A DNA stretch of 32,000 bases, taken from NCBI GenBank assembly GCA_000503915.1, contig CP006915.1, forward strand, positions 270,001 to 302,000, read 5' to 3'. Shown one piece after another: positions 1-8,519 of this stretch (the first letter of the stretch is position 1; each line of letters starts with the position of its first letter). The DNA comes from Candidatus Saccharimonadota bacterium. GTDB taxonomy: Bacteria; Patescibacteriota; Saccharimonadia; Saccharimonadales; Saccharimonadaceae. Made by a program: the position numbers and the translations under genes. The notes under the pieces are model-generated. The model did not search any database. It was not told where the DNA came from and was given only the letters and a program-made list of their open reading frames with translations.

Positions 1-425
1 TCAAATACCCTTGGATACGGAACCACCTCAAAATATATGTCTACCGTTGGGGAGTCCGTGGACGAGTACACCGCTAGGGTCGTAACCTTTTTGCGCAGCT
101 TCTGTGGTAGCGATGCCACCTTTGCCATAAACCGTTGTCCGCCTCCGTACGCATCATCGACTACAAGAATCTTCTTGGCAACATGTGTCGTCTTGGGAGT
201 TTTACTCCTAATTACTCGATTGCCATGTGTTGTCTCGCTATTATTAACCAGCTCGTCAAACGAACATACCGATATATTCATATCCTGGCCGATGATATGG
301 GCGGGTACCATTCCACTGCGTGGTATACCGACGATTAGATCAAAGCCTTGGTCGGCAATGAGAGGCAGGTAGTCATGTATTGCTTTCGCAAGATCGGCGT
401 AGCTCTTATAGCTCAGGCTGGTCAT
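1..425 (-). CDS. Phosphoribosyltransferase-domain protein (N-terminal part only; the gene runs off the left edge)
   Basis: Absent from the ORF track because no stop lies in the window. My translation of the minus strand from the ATG at 425 (GGAGG 7 nt upstream) gives MTSLSYKSYADLAKAIHDYLPLIADQGFDLIVGIPRSGMVPAHIIG...KKILVVDDAYGGGQRF. That includes the GIPRxG loop and the hydrophobic-DD-xxxG PRPP-binding motif of type I PRTases. It overlaps the 3' end of the upstream ABC ATPase gene by 20 nt, so it is probably in the same operon. Confidence 0.55.
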   Translation of the reverse strand, partial: MTSLSYKSYADLAKAIHDYLPLIADQGFDLIVGIPRSGMVPAHIIGQDMNISVCSFDELVNNSETTHGNRVIRSKTPKTTHVAKKILVVDDAYGGGQRFMAKVASLPQKLRKKVTTLAVYSSTDSPTVDIYFEVVPYPRVF

Positions 426-1632
426 CTTTCCACCTCCCATAATACTTTCCTTCGCGCTTCAATAAAGCATTCCCGCTGAACTTACCAGAGTTTCGTACAA
501 TAACCCTTAGCGAATTCTCGTCATTGGTATACGCTATGCGCTTGTCTGTCTTTTCCTCATCAAGGGTAGCAGTAATGTAAAGATTACTATCATTATAGAG
601 AGAAAGTGGAAACTCATACTCTAGTGAGCTAATGCCTTTTTTTGCGATCGCCTTTACCCCATTCTGAACAAGCGGATAGCCTCCACGCCCCTCATCGATG
701 ATTGAGATCTTTGTGTTTACAGGCGTATCGTCGGTTATCTCATACCTTATTTTAAAATTCAGCGTATCGCTATTTGATAATAGCTTACTGCCTGCTGTTG
801 TAACCTGAAACAATGGAACTCGCTTACTTAGTCCGTCAGGATAGTTGCCGTCTTCTCGAGTTTTTGTATTGCCTTGGCCGCCTAGATTATCAAGCGTGTA
901 TTGATTTGCGATATCTTCCTTAGACCCAATAGCCTTCACGACAGAATCGTGTATAAGCAGTGCTCTGTCACAAAAACGTCGAACAGCATCCATACTATGG
1001 GTTACGAGAATTACTGTCTTTGTTTTGTCTTCCTTCACAGCTTTAAAGTACTCATCACATTTTCGTTGGAAAGCTTCGTCGCCAACGGCTAATACTTCAT
1101 CAAGCACCAGTATGTCTGCTCTGGCACGGGTCGCCACCGAGAAGGCCAACCGTACCTGCATGCCTGAAGAGTAGTTTTTTAGCAACTGATCCATAAATGG
1201 CTCCAGCTCGGCAAACTCTACGATATCATCGTACATTTCATCGATTTCTTTTTCACTAAAGCCATTGAGCGCACCGCTAAGGTATACATTCTCGCGTCCG
1301 GTTAATTCCGGATTAAATCCGACGCCGAGCTCAATGAATGGTACCAGTCGGCCCTTTACACTCACCTCGCCGCTGGTTGGCTGGTAGATCTCCGCCAATA
1401 TTTTTAACAAAGTGCTCTTGCCGCTACCGTTCCGGCCGACGATTCCAAAGAACTCACCCTCTTTAACGTCAAAGCTTATGTCTTTCAGGGCGTGCTGCAC
1501 TTCTATTGTCCTACCGCCACGCATAGCCTGCAATGGACGAACAAAGATATCCTTTATGGATGAGGTTTTTTGGTGAGGTAAGCGAAAATTTTTGGAGACA
1601 TTCTTTACGGAAATAGCTATGGGGTCGCTCAT
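406..1632 (-). CDS. Polysaccharide/teichoic-acid ABC exporter ATP-binding protein (Wzt/TagH family) with a C-terminal extension
   Basis: 408-aa ORF. Motifs: Walker A GRNGSGKST, ABC signature YSSGMQVRLAF (the SGM variant typical of Wzt/TagH), Walker B ILVLDEV, H-loop LVTHS. About 160 aa follow the NBD, as in Wzt proteins that carry a glycan-binding domain. The start overlaps the permease stop (TAATG at 1630-1634). Confidence 0.9.
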   Translation of the reverse strand: MSDPIAISVKNVSKNFRLPHQKTSSIKDIFVRPLQAMRGGRTIEVQHALKDISFDVKEGEFFGIVGRNGSGKSTLLKILAEIYQPTSGEVSVKGRLVPFIELGVGFNPELTGRENVYLSGALNGFSEKEIDEMYDDIVEFAELEPFMDQLLKNYSSGMQVRLAFSVATRARADILVLDEVLAVGDEAFQRKCDEYFKAVKEDKTKTVILVTHSMDAVRRFCDRALLIHDSVVKAIGSKEDIANQYTLDNLGGQGNTKTREDGNYPDGLSKRVPLFQVTTAGSKLLSNSDTLNFKIRYEITDDTPVNTKISIIDEGRGGYPLVQNGVKAIAKKGISSLEYEFPLSLYNDSNLYITATLDEEKTDKRIAYTNDENSLRVIVRNSGKFSGNALLKREGKYYGRWKDDQPEL

Positions 1633-2453
1633 TAGATGTCCTCCGCAAATGATGGCGATTTCCGCCTAAAGTAGACCGCCGATGCGCCTGCGACTAACGC
1701 CACCAGTGCGAAGGGGATGAGCCAATAGGCACTGCCGGCAAAAACGGTATAGACGGTATCTGTCCTGGGGGTCACCAGAGCATACCTGGCATCCTGAATA
1801 ATCTGCGCCATTGGATTGAGTAGTAAAAATTTACCGGCAAACTCCGAGAACTGCTTTACCATCGATAGCGGATAGAGGATTGGCGTAAGATAGAAGCCGG
1901 CCTGCATAAGTACTTCCCATACATAATTGATATCGCGAAAACGAACATAGAGCGCACTGAGTAAAAAGCTCATCCCTAGCGCCAGAACAAATAATTCAAA
2001 AATAATTAAAGGTAGCCACACGATATTCCAAGTAAGATCCACGCCGTTAATAAGCACAAAAGCAACCACCACTAGCAAGTTAATGGCGAGGTTGATAAGC
2101 GCTGATACCGAACCGGCGATAACGACGACATAGCGTGGGAAAGCGAGCTTGCGCATTAAGTCACCCTTCCCCACAATGGACGTGACTCCGTTTACCGTAA
2201 CTTCGACGAAGTAGCTCCACAGCACAACACCCAACAACAAGTATACGGGGTAGTGTGGAATGTCATCACCAAACCGGAGGAAGCTAACAAACACAACATA
2301 CAAGACGGCAAAAAGTGCTAATGGCCGTAGCAATGTCCATAAATAGCCCAGCACCGAGCCTTTATAACGAAGCTTAAAGTCAGTAACAACAAGCTGCTTC
2401 AGGATAATAGCAGAGTAGCGGTAGCGCTGCTTAAGGGTTTGTAGCATATTCAC
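1632..2453 (-). CDS. ABC-2 type polysaccharide exporter permease (Wzm/TagG family)
   Basis: 273-aa ORF with about six hydrophobic helices. Its size and layout fit ABC-2 permeases. It is translationally coupled to the downstream ATPase. Confidence 0.85.
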   Translation of the reverse strand: MNMLQTLKQRYRYSAIILKQLVVTDFKLRYKGSVLGYLWTLLRPLALFAVLYVVFVSFLRFGDDIPHYPVYLLLGVVLWSYFVEVTVNGVTSIVGKGDLMRKLAFPRYVVVIAGSVSALINLAINLLVVVAFVLINGVDLTWNIVWLPLIIFELFVLALGMSFLLSALYVRFRDINYVWEVLMQAGFYLTPILYPLSMVKQFSEFAGKFLLLNPMAQIIQDARYALVTPRTDTVYTVFAGSAYWLIPFALVALVAGASAVYFRRKSPSFAEDI

Positions 2454-2529
2454 AACTTTCTCTATTATAGCCTAATCAGGGCTGTTTCCATAGATAGCTC
2501 GGCAGGCCGTTCTGCTATAATAACGGGGT

Positions 2530-3444
2530 ATGAATATTGTCATCACTGGAGTAAGTGGGTTTGTCGGCAAGCATCTTGTACGTGAGCTTTCTGCCGCAGG
2601 TCACGCTGTTATCGGTATTGGAATGGAAGAGGTAGCCCATCCTGAGATAGCTGATCTATTAACTGAATATGTCAGCTGCGATCTAGCCGAGGCGTGGCCT
2701 AAGATAGCTACTCCTGTCGATTCGATTATCCACTTAGCTGGACTAGCAGCGGTTGGCCCTTCATTCGAAAAGCCACAAGCATATATTAATCTCAATAGCG
2801 CTATGGTTACCAACATGGCAGAAGCTTACCTTCATGAGGAGAAGAAGCCTCGCTTGGTTATTATTAGCAGCGGGGCAATCTATGACTCAAACCAGCCAAT
2901 GCCACTGACAGAAGCGTCAACGATTAGCTTTAGCTCACCTTATACCGTAAGCAAGGTGCTCCTAGAGAACCAAGCCGCCTACTATCGCACCCAGGGACTT
3001 GAATGCATCATCATGCGTCCCTTTAACCACATTGGTCCCGGCCAGCTGCCCGGCTTCCTAGTTCCCGACCTCATCGAAAAGATTTGCACCGCCGAGAATA
3101 CGAGCAGTCTTATCAAAGTAGGAGATTTATCTACAAAGCGTGACTATACAGATGTACGTGATGTCGTTAAAGCGTATGCTTTAGTAGCTACTGCGCCCGA
3201 GACTCCTCACGAAGTCTACAACGTCTGCTCGGGAAAAAGTCTCAGCGGTGAAGAGGTATTAATAACCATCCAGAAAGCTATGGATGCCGAACAAGTAGCC
3301 ACCGAGACCGATCCTAGTCTCATACGCCCCAACGATGCGGCCGATATACGGGGCGACAATAGTCGATTGACGGCTGATTTTAATTGGCGGCCAGTTATTT
3401 CGTTTCGTCAGACGATTCAGGATATACTCAAAGAAGACAAATAG
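2530..3444 (+). CDS. rmd: GDP-4-dehydro-6-deoxy-D-mannose reductase-like SDR (Rmd-like NAD-dependent epimerase/dehydratase)
   Basis: 304-aa ORF. It has the N-terminal Rossmann motif ITGVSGFVGKHL and the catalytic YxxxK (SPYTVSK). The blocks RPFNHIGPGQ, VGDLSTKRDYTDVRDV and VYNVCSG match what I remember of Pseudomonas Rmd. It is convergent with gmd. Confidence 0.7.
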   Translation: MNIVITGVSGFVGKHLVRELSAAGHAVIGIGMEEVAHPEIADLLTEYVSCDLAEAWPKIATPVDSIIHLAGLAAVGPSFEKPQAYINLNSAMVTNMAEAYLHEEKKPRLVIISSGAIYDSNQPMPLTEASTISFSSPYTVSKVLLENQAAYYRTQGLECIIMRPFNHIGPGQLPGFLVPDLIEKICTAENTSSLIKVGDLSTKRDYTDVRDVVKAYALVATAPETPHEVYNVCSGKSLSGEEVLITIQKAMDAEQVATETDPSLIRPNDAADIRGDNSRLTADFNWRPVISFRQTIQDILKEDK

Positions 3445-3449
3445 TTTTG

Positions 3450-3478
3450 AATGACCGGGATGAACCCGGTCATTTTTG
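3450..3478. terminator. Bidirectional intrinsic terminator between the convergent rmd-like and gmd genes
   Basis: A 10-bp perfect stem (aatgaccggg at 3450-3459 / cccggtcatt at 3465-3474) with a 5-nt loop (atgaa), followed by a T-run at 3473-3477. It sits in the 39-nt gap between two convergent stop codons. Confidence 0.7.
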
Positions 3479-3483
3479 TATTT

Positions 3484-4530
3484 TTAGTTCTTTCCTTCTA
3501 GACCAAGGTCATGTTCGACCATCAGTTTTACAAGTCCCGGGAAATCAACTTTACGTCGCCAGCCAAGCTCTTGCTCGGCTTTTGAAGGGTCGCCCAAAAG
3601 TATATCAACTTCCGCTGGACGGAAGAACTCCGGGTTAACGCGTAGTACAACCTTGCCGGTAGCAGTGTCGGTAGCGGTTTCGTCTACTCCTTCACCTTGC
3701 CACGACAGATTGATTCCTACTTCTTTGAAAGCCTGTTCCGCAAAGTCACGGATTGTGCGCGTTTCACCACTTGCTAACACATAATCGCCCGGCTTATCCT
3801 GCTGCAAGATACGCCACATACCTTCGACGTAGTCACCAGCATAGCCCCAATCGCGTTTGCTATCTAGGTTACCAAGCTCCAAGACTTCTTGCTTGCCAAG
3901 CTTAATACGGGCAACTGCTTTGGAAATTTTACGGGTGACAAACTCTGATCCACGACGTTCACCTTCATGGTTAAAGAGAATACCGCTCACAGCATACATG
4001 TCGTAACTCTCACGGTAATTTCGCGTAATCCAGTATCCATAAAGTTTTGCCACTCCATAAGGACTGCGCGGGTGAAATGGCGAGTCTTCATTGTAGCCAC
4101 TACCGGGTCGATTGTAGTCCAGCCCACCAAACATCTCTGAAGTAGAAGCCTGATAAAAGCGCGCAGTTTTCTCTAGACCGGCTATACGGATTGCCTCTAG
4201 TACATTCAATACTCCCTTACCGGTCAGCTCTGCGGTCAGCAGTGGGTCGCGGAATGAGTAGCCGACGTGGCTAATGGCCGCCAGGTTATATATTTCATCA
4301 GGCTTGATCTCTATCATAGCCCGTGCGAGTGCGCTAAGATCCATCATATCTGCCAATACGATATTCACGTATGGCATTTCATCTTTTACCGCTTGGTAGC
4401 GCGGATGGCTTGCCTCCAGCTGTCCTCGGATTGTTCCATATACTTCATACCCTTTTTCATGAAGTAATTTCGCCAGGTGGCCAGCATCCTGACCGGCAAT
4501 ACCAGTAATAAGCGCCCGTTTCGCAGTCAT
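3484..4530 (-). CDS. gmd: GDP-mannose 4,6-dehydratase
   Basis: 348-aa ORF. Motifs: ALITGIAGQDAGHLAKLL (Rossmann), STSEMFG, PRSPYGVAKLYGYW (YxxxK), ILFNHEGERRG and TRKI. All are hallmark Gmd blocks, and the length is typical. Confidence 0.93.
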   Translation of the reverse strand: MTAKRALITGIAGQDAGHLAKLLHEKGYEVYGTIRGQLEASHPRYQAVKDEMPYVNIVLADMMDLSALARAMIEIKPDEIYNLAAISHVGYSFRDPLLTAELTGKGVLNVLEAIRIAGLEKTARFYQASTSEMFGGLDYNRPGSGYNEDSPFHPRSPYGVAKLYGYWITRNYRESYDMYAVSGILFNHEGERRGSEFVTRKISKAVARIKLGKQEVLELGNLDSKRDWGYAGDYVEGMWRILQQDKPGDYVLASGETRTIRDFAEQAFKEVGINLSWQGEGVDETATDTATGKVVLRVNPEFFRPAEVDILLGDPSKAEQELGWRRKVDFPGLVKLMVEHDLGLEGKN

Positions 4531-4569
4531 TATAAAATCTCCCTTTTCACTTCTTTCATTATATACAAA

Positions 4570-5127
4570 TTATCGACGGTAGTCATCCGCAAGACGCACA
4601 ATATCATCCTCGTTAGAAGGATTATCAACATCGGCGTGCTGCCAAATTTCTGCAACTAGGACGATACTGTCTCGGTCACCTTCAAGACGATGACGTTCAC
4701 CTTTCTCAAATTGTACGACTTCACCGGGTTGCGCATCGTAACGTTCACTCTCTTCGTCGGTTTTACTGCGACGATAGCCACCGCTTGTTAAAAAACGCCA
4801 TCTTTCGGCGCGGCGATCGTGATATTGCCAACTAAGTCGTTCACTTCCTGGCTTTACTACTAAAAACTTTGGGCTAAGTTCAGCATCCTTAATACCCATA
4901 CGAGCCTCGTCTGGAGTCAGACCAGGGAAGAATTCTGCCACAAAATCGTCCGCCTGACTGGAGTCGATACGAAAGTAAGCACCCCATGGCTTGGAGGTGC
5001 TTTCCTCTACAACTACGTAGCCACTGTTGATTATCTTTTCTTTAAGCTGAGCAATAAACTCTTCAAAACTTTCTTCTAGTGGTAGTGTTTCAAGGGTCGG
5101 TAATAAATCAGCTTTATGTTCAGTCAT
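4570..5127 (-). CDS. Cupin-domain protein, mannose-6-phosphate isomerase (type II, C-terminal cupin)-like
   Basis: 185-aa ORF. PWGAYFRI...LVVKPGERLSWQYHDRRAERWRFLTG...GERHRL resembles the cupin core of type II PMI/GMP enzymes. It lies directly upstream of gmd in the same orientation. Confidence 0.6.
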   Translation of the reverse strand: MTEHKADLLPTLETLPLEESFEEFIAQLKEKIINSGYVVVEESTSKPWGAYFRIDSSQADDFVAEFFPGLTPDEARMGIKDAELSPKFLVVKPGSERLSWQYHDRRAERWRFLTSGGYRRSKTDEESERYDAQPGEVVQFEKGERHRLEGDRDSIVLVAEIWQHADVDNPSNEDDIVRLADDYRR

Positions 5128-5181
5128 ATATCTCCTCTGTCACCAATAATACTTGGTTCTTTGGATGTTTGCTACACTTAT

Positions 5182-6279
5182 ATGGAGATGCGTATTGCAA
5201 TTGATGCCCGGATTATTAACTCTTCAACTGGACGATATGTCGAGCGGCTACTGCATTATCTTGAAAAGTTGGACACCGAAAACGATTACATCGTGCTGGT
5301 GCGGCGAAAAGACCTTAAGTTTTGGCAATCGTCTAATCCGCGTTTTAGCGTGCAGGTGGCCGAATATGACAACTATTCATTCGCTGAGCAGATTGGCTTC
5401 AAGCGCTTTCTCGACAGGCTCGCTCCCGACCTGGTGCATTTTTGTATGCCGCAGCAGCCAATCCTTTACCGTGGCAAAAAAATCACTACGATACACGACC
5501 TCACGCTCCTAAATACCTATAATTCAGATAAAAACTGGCTCATTTTTCACGCCAAGCAACTCGTCGGCCGTTTTGTTTTTAAACGCGTCGCCCGCTCCAG
5601 CGACCATCTGTTGACACCGACACAGTACGTCAAAGACGATGTGGTGAGGTTTGCTGATGTGCCTGCAGATAAAGTTACCGTCACCTACGAAGCGGCAGAT
5701 GTATCTCACGAAGCCTTAAAAGAGTACGATCACCCCTATAAACGCTTTATTGTCTATGTCGGCCAGCAGTCCGACTACAAGAATATCCGTCGGCTCGGTG
5801 AGGCACACCAAGCACTCATCGGAACTCGCCCCGACCTCGGGCTTATCCTGGTCGGCAGCCTCAATGCCAGCACTCTAAAAAACAAGCGCTATTTTGAGAA
5901 GCAAGGCTTCAGAAACATCCTCTTCACCGGCTTTATCCCTGATGGCCAGAAAGATTGGCTGCTGACTCATGCCGAGGCGTATGCCTTTCCTTCTCTTATG
6001 GAGGGGTTTGGCTTGCCAGCCCTTGAAGCTATGGCGCTCGGTACACCGGTTGTCAGTAGCAACGCCACCTGCCTTCCCGAGGTCTACGGCGACGCCGCGC
6101 ATTATTTTGACCCGATGAATACCCAAGACATCACCCGTGCAGTCGGCCAAGTACTCGACGACAAGACATTACGCGAAGAATTATCGCGGCGCGGCAAGCT
6201 TCAAATCAAGAAATACTCCTGGCAACGTATGGCCGAGCAAACTTTGACCGTTTATCGGCAGATTCTCGAGAAGAATTAA
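5182..6279 (+). CDS. Glycosyltransferase family 4 (GT-B, WbpY/WbpZ-like)
   Basis: The ORF-track frame opens at 5116, but a typical GT4 N-terminus (ME)MRIAIDARI begins at 5182/5188. The C-terminal half carries the GT4 E-x7-E region PSLMEGFGLPALEAMALGTPVVSS. The exact start is uncertain (5116, 5182 or 5188). Confidence 0.85.
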   Translation: MEMRIAIDARIINSSTGRYVERLLHYLEKLDTENDYIVLVRRKDLKFWQSSNPRFSVQVAEYDNYSFAEQIGFKRFLDRLAPDLVHFCMPQQPILYRGKKITTIHDLTLLNTYNSDKNWLIFHAKQLVGRFVFKRVARSSDHLLTPTQYVKDDVVRFADVPADKVTVTYEAADVSHEALKEYDHPYKRFIVYVGQQSDYKNIRRLGEAHQALIGTRPDLGLILVGSLNASTLKNKRYFEKQGFRNILFTGFIPDGQKDWLLTHAEAYAFPSLMEGFGLPALEAMALGTPVVSSNATCLPEVYGDAAHYFDPMNTQDITRAVGQVLDDKTLREELSRRGKLQIKKYSWQRMAEQTLTVYRQILEKN

Positions 6280-6737
6280 GAGCTTTTTTGGGCGATAATA
6301 ATGCGGCGATCGCGACCAATACCCTCAGAAAAGGTTTCGACGTCTTCGTATTCCTGCGCCACCTGGTGGACAACGCGGCGATCGGCAGCATTGAGATTTG
6401 CGACATGCGAATCACCTGTCTCACGCACTGCTTCGATCCACTCACGAGCCTTTTCAGCAATCTTTTCGGCACGCTGCTTCTTGTAGTCGGCGACATCGAT
6501 GTTGACTCGTACCAGCTCGGCACCGTGGTTGCGGAGTGTGGTGGAGACGATATACTGCAGGCTGCGTAGTGTTTCGGCATTCCGGCCGATCAAGATACTG
6601 TTGTCATCACTCGATGGTACGGCAAGTTCGATCACGTCATCACTCACCGAAGCATCCACTTCTATATTGACACCAAAGAAGGTGAGCAGATCCTCGAGAT
6701 ATTTTTTAGCGTATTCAACCGATGCGGTGTGATCCAT
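6276..6737 (-). CDS. jag: Jag/KhpB-like RNA-binding protein (KH + R3H domains)
   Basis: 153-aa ORF. It has a KH-like GxxG segment (LIGRNAETLRSLQYIV) and an R3H motif (ADRRVVHQVAQ). It occupies the conserved position immediately downstream of yidC. Confidence 0.85.
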   Translation of the reverse strand: MDHTASVEYAKKYLEDLLTFFGVNIEVDASVSDDVIELAVPSSDDNSILIGRNAETLRSLQYIVSTTLRNHGAELVRVNIDVADYKKQRAEKIAEKAREWIEAVRETGDSHVANLNAADRRVVHQVAQEYEDVETFSEGIGRDRRIIIAQKSS

Positions 6738-6738
6738 A

Positions 6739-7689
6739 TTATTTCCTCCTCTTACCAGAATCCTTGGCGACGATACGCGTCACAGTCGCCTCACGCGCTG
6801 ACTTCTCACGCTTGGTGGTGGCTGCTGACTTTTTGCTCTTACTCGGTGACTTGACTGGCTCGTCGGCGATTTCTTCGAGCTCTTCTTCGTCTTGCTTGAG
6901 CAGGTAAGCCTGTTGGGCGACGGCCACCAAGTTTGATACGGCGTAGTAAAGGGCAAGTGCACCCGGCACGCTGATCATAACGAAGAACATGAAGATTGGT
7001 AGTATTTTGCTCATACGCGTCATAATAATAGCGTTCATCTCGCTCTGGTCAGCATGCTTTCCATCGGCGGCTTCGGCCATAATGTCGCGGATACGGCGCT
7101 TCGATTTTTGCTGCGGTGCGGTTTGCTTTGACATGACGTATTGGGTATAGGCAGCGAGCAGGGCAAGTAGCACGAGGAAAATCTCCACTCCGCCGTTATG
7201 AAAAGCTGGCTTTGTCAGGTCAACAAAACCAAACAGTTTCTCATTGAAGTTGTGGGGGTTTGCGATCAGGTCTTTAATCGGCCCGAACTGTTCGAGGAAG
7301 TCATAGGTGAATTTGCCGATTTGGTCACGGCTTCGCGTAAAGATATTGATCACCTGGTAGAGGGCAATAAAGATCGGCAGTTGGATGATGAGAATACCAA
7401 TCGAGCGGAACGGATTGACGTTGTGCTTTTTGTAGAGCTCCATCATCTGCATGCTCTCGAGCTGTTTATTGCCTTTGTTGCGTTTCTTGATGGCGGCAAG
7501 CTCTGGCTGCAGTTTGCGCATGGCACGTGACTGATGCAACATACTGCGTGTTAGTGGATACAACAGGACACGTACGAGTACGGTAAATAGAATAATGGCG
7601 ACGCCAAAATCATGTCCCGGGATAATGCTATAAAGCCCAAGCAGCATGTTAAAAATCGGCTGGACAACTATAAGCTCAAAGATGTTCAC
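6739..7689 (-). CDS. yidC: Membrane protein insertase YidC (short, Gram-positive type)
   Basis: 316-aa polytopic ORF between rnpA and jag, with conserved YidC-like helices (LYPLT...QPELAAIKKR...NPF..ILIIQLPIFIALY). It ends in a basic, K/R-rich C-terminal tail. It lacks the large periplasmic P1 domain of diderm YidC. Confidence 0.9.
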   Translation of the reverse strand: MNIFELIVVQPIFNMLLGLYSIIPGHDFGVAIILFTVLVRVLLYPLTRSMLHQSRAMRKLQPELAAIKKRNKGNKQLESMQMMELYKKHNVNPFRSIGILIIQLPIFIALYQVINIFTRSRDQIGKFTYDFLEQFGPIKDLIANPHNFNEKLFGFVDLTKPAFHNGGVEIFLVLLALLAAYTQYVMSKQTAPQQKSKRRIRDIMAEAADGKHADQSEMNAIIMTRMSKILPIFMFFVMISVPGALALYYAVSNLVAVAQQAYLLKQDEEELEEIADEPVKSPSKSKKSAATTKREKSAREATVTRIVAKDSGKRRK

Positions 7690-7739
7690 GTGGCGATGTA
7701 ACTCCGTTCTATCGTCTCTAGGATATTACTGGTAGTATA

Positions 7740-8099
7740 TCAGTTTTTAGCTGATTTGTAGAGACCAGCCTCGCTGAGCAACTGGTCAAGTGCCGTCGTC
7801 AATTCTTCGTAGCTCGTCGTAGCGACCTCTGCCGATCCGACAATACAGACAATGTCGGCATTTGCTGGCAATTGATCTAGGCGCTCTCGGAATGATTCAT
7901 AGAGGCGGCGACGGATGCGATTGCGCACTACCGCGCCTTTGGCAACTTTTTTACTTACAACGACTGCAATACGCGTCTCATGACGGCGCGGATTTGAGGT
8001 CGATTTTATCGTAAATAGTCGCCCACGAACCGGACGGCCGTTGGCGTAGACATAGCGAATACTTCCATGCCCATGGAATCGATTCTTATACGCAAGCAT
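7740..8099 (-). CDS. rnpA: Ribonuclease P protein component
   Basis: 119-aa basic ORF with VSKKVAKGAVVRNRIRRRL (RNR motif). It sits in the conserved rpmH-rnpA-yidC order. Confidence 0.9.
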   Translation of the reverse strand: MLAYKNRFHGHGSIRYVYANGRPVRGRLFTIKSTSNPRRHETRIAVVVSKKVAKGAVVRNRIRRRLYESFRERLDQLPANADIVCIVGSAEVATTSYEELTTALDQLLSEAGLYKSAKN

Positions 8100-8114
8100 G
8101 ACTCTCCTAGTATA

Positions 8115-8252
8115 CTAGACTGTCAGCCGAGCACGCCCTTTGGCGCGACGACGCTTCAAAACCGCGCGTCCAGCTTTGCTGGCAATACGAGCACGGAAGC
8201 CGTGCGTACGAGCACGGTGACGAGTGTGTGGTTGGTGGGTTCTTTTTGGCAT
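8115..8252 (-). CDS. rpmH: 50S ribosomal protein L34
   Basis: Too short for the ORF track. My translation of the minus strand from the ATG at 8252 is [45 protein letters not shown], with a TAG stop at 8115-8117. This is the canonical L34 sequence pattern, and the gene lies upstream of rnpA. Confidence 0.93.
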   Translation of the reverse strand: MPKRTHQPHTRHRARTHGFRARIASKAGRAVLKRRRAKGRARLTV

Positions 8253-8519
8253 AACTTCCAGCCATTATAGCCTAGTTATCCCTTTTTCTCAAGAGGTATC
8301 CCCTTGCTTTGTAGATGTTTTCTGGTGTAACTATGATTTGCAATCCACAGAAACAGCAAGTTTATCCACAGGTTTCTTAGAGGTGGGCGCCGATTGTGGA
8401 TAACTCTACCTCAATACTGCCCTTTTGGTAAGCAACACTTCTTGTGCTTGTGGAAAACTCCCGACTTGGCTACAATTATGAGTAGTAAAGAGTTAAGATA
8501 ATAGCGATCCAGGGGGTAT
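8253..8519. other. Candidate oriC, left part (DnaA-box cluster between rpmH and dnaA), including the dnaA promoter region
   Basis: Perfect DnaA boxes: TTATCCACA at 8362-8370 (+) and TGTGGATAA at 8395-8403 (-). Near-boxes: CAATCCACA at 8341-8349 and TGTGGAAAA at 8449-8457. An AT-rich stretch at about 8473-8507 lies just before the dnaA start. Confidence 0.75.

Noticed and set aside
37-372. 111-aa and 67-aa plus-strand ORFs at the left edge
   Set aside because: They lie antisense to a minus-strand frame that translates into a convincing PRTase domain (GIPRSG…, ILVVDDAYGGG). The plus-strand products are low-complexity, with no recognisable motif and no SD. I treat them as shadow ORFs.
8067-8270. 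67-aa plus-strand ORF across the rnpA/rpmH junction
   Set aside because: It is exactly antisense to the canonical L34 gene (8115-8252) and the rnpA start, so it is a shadow ORF.
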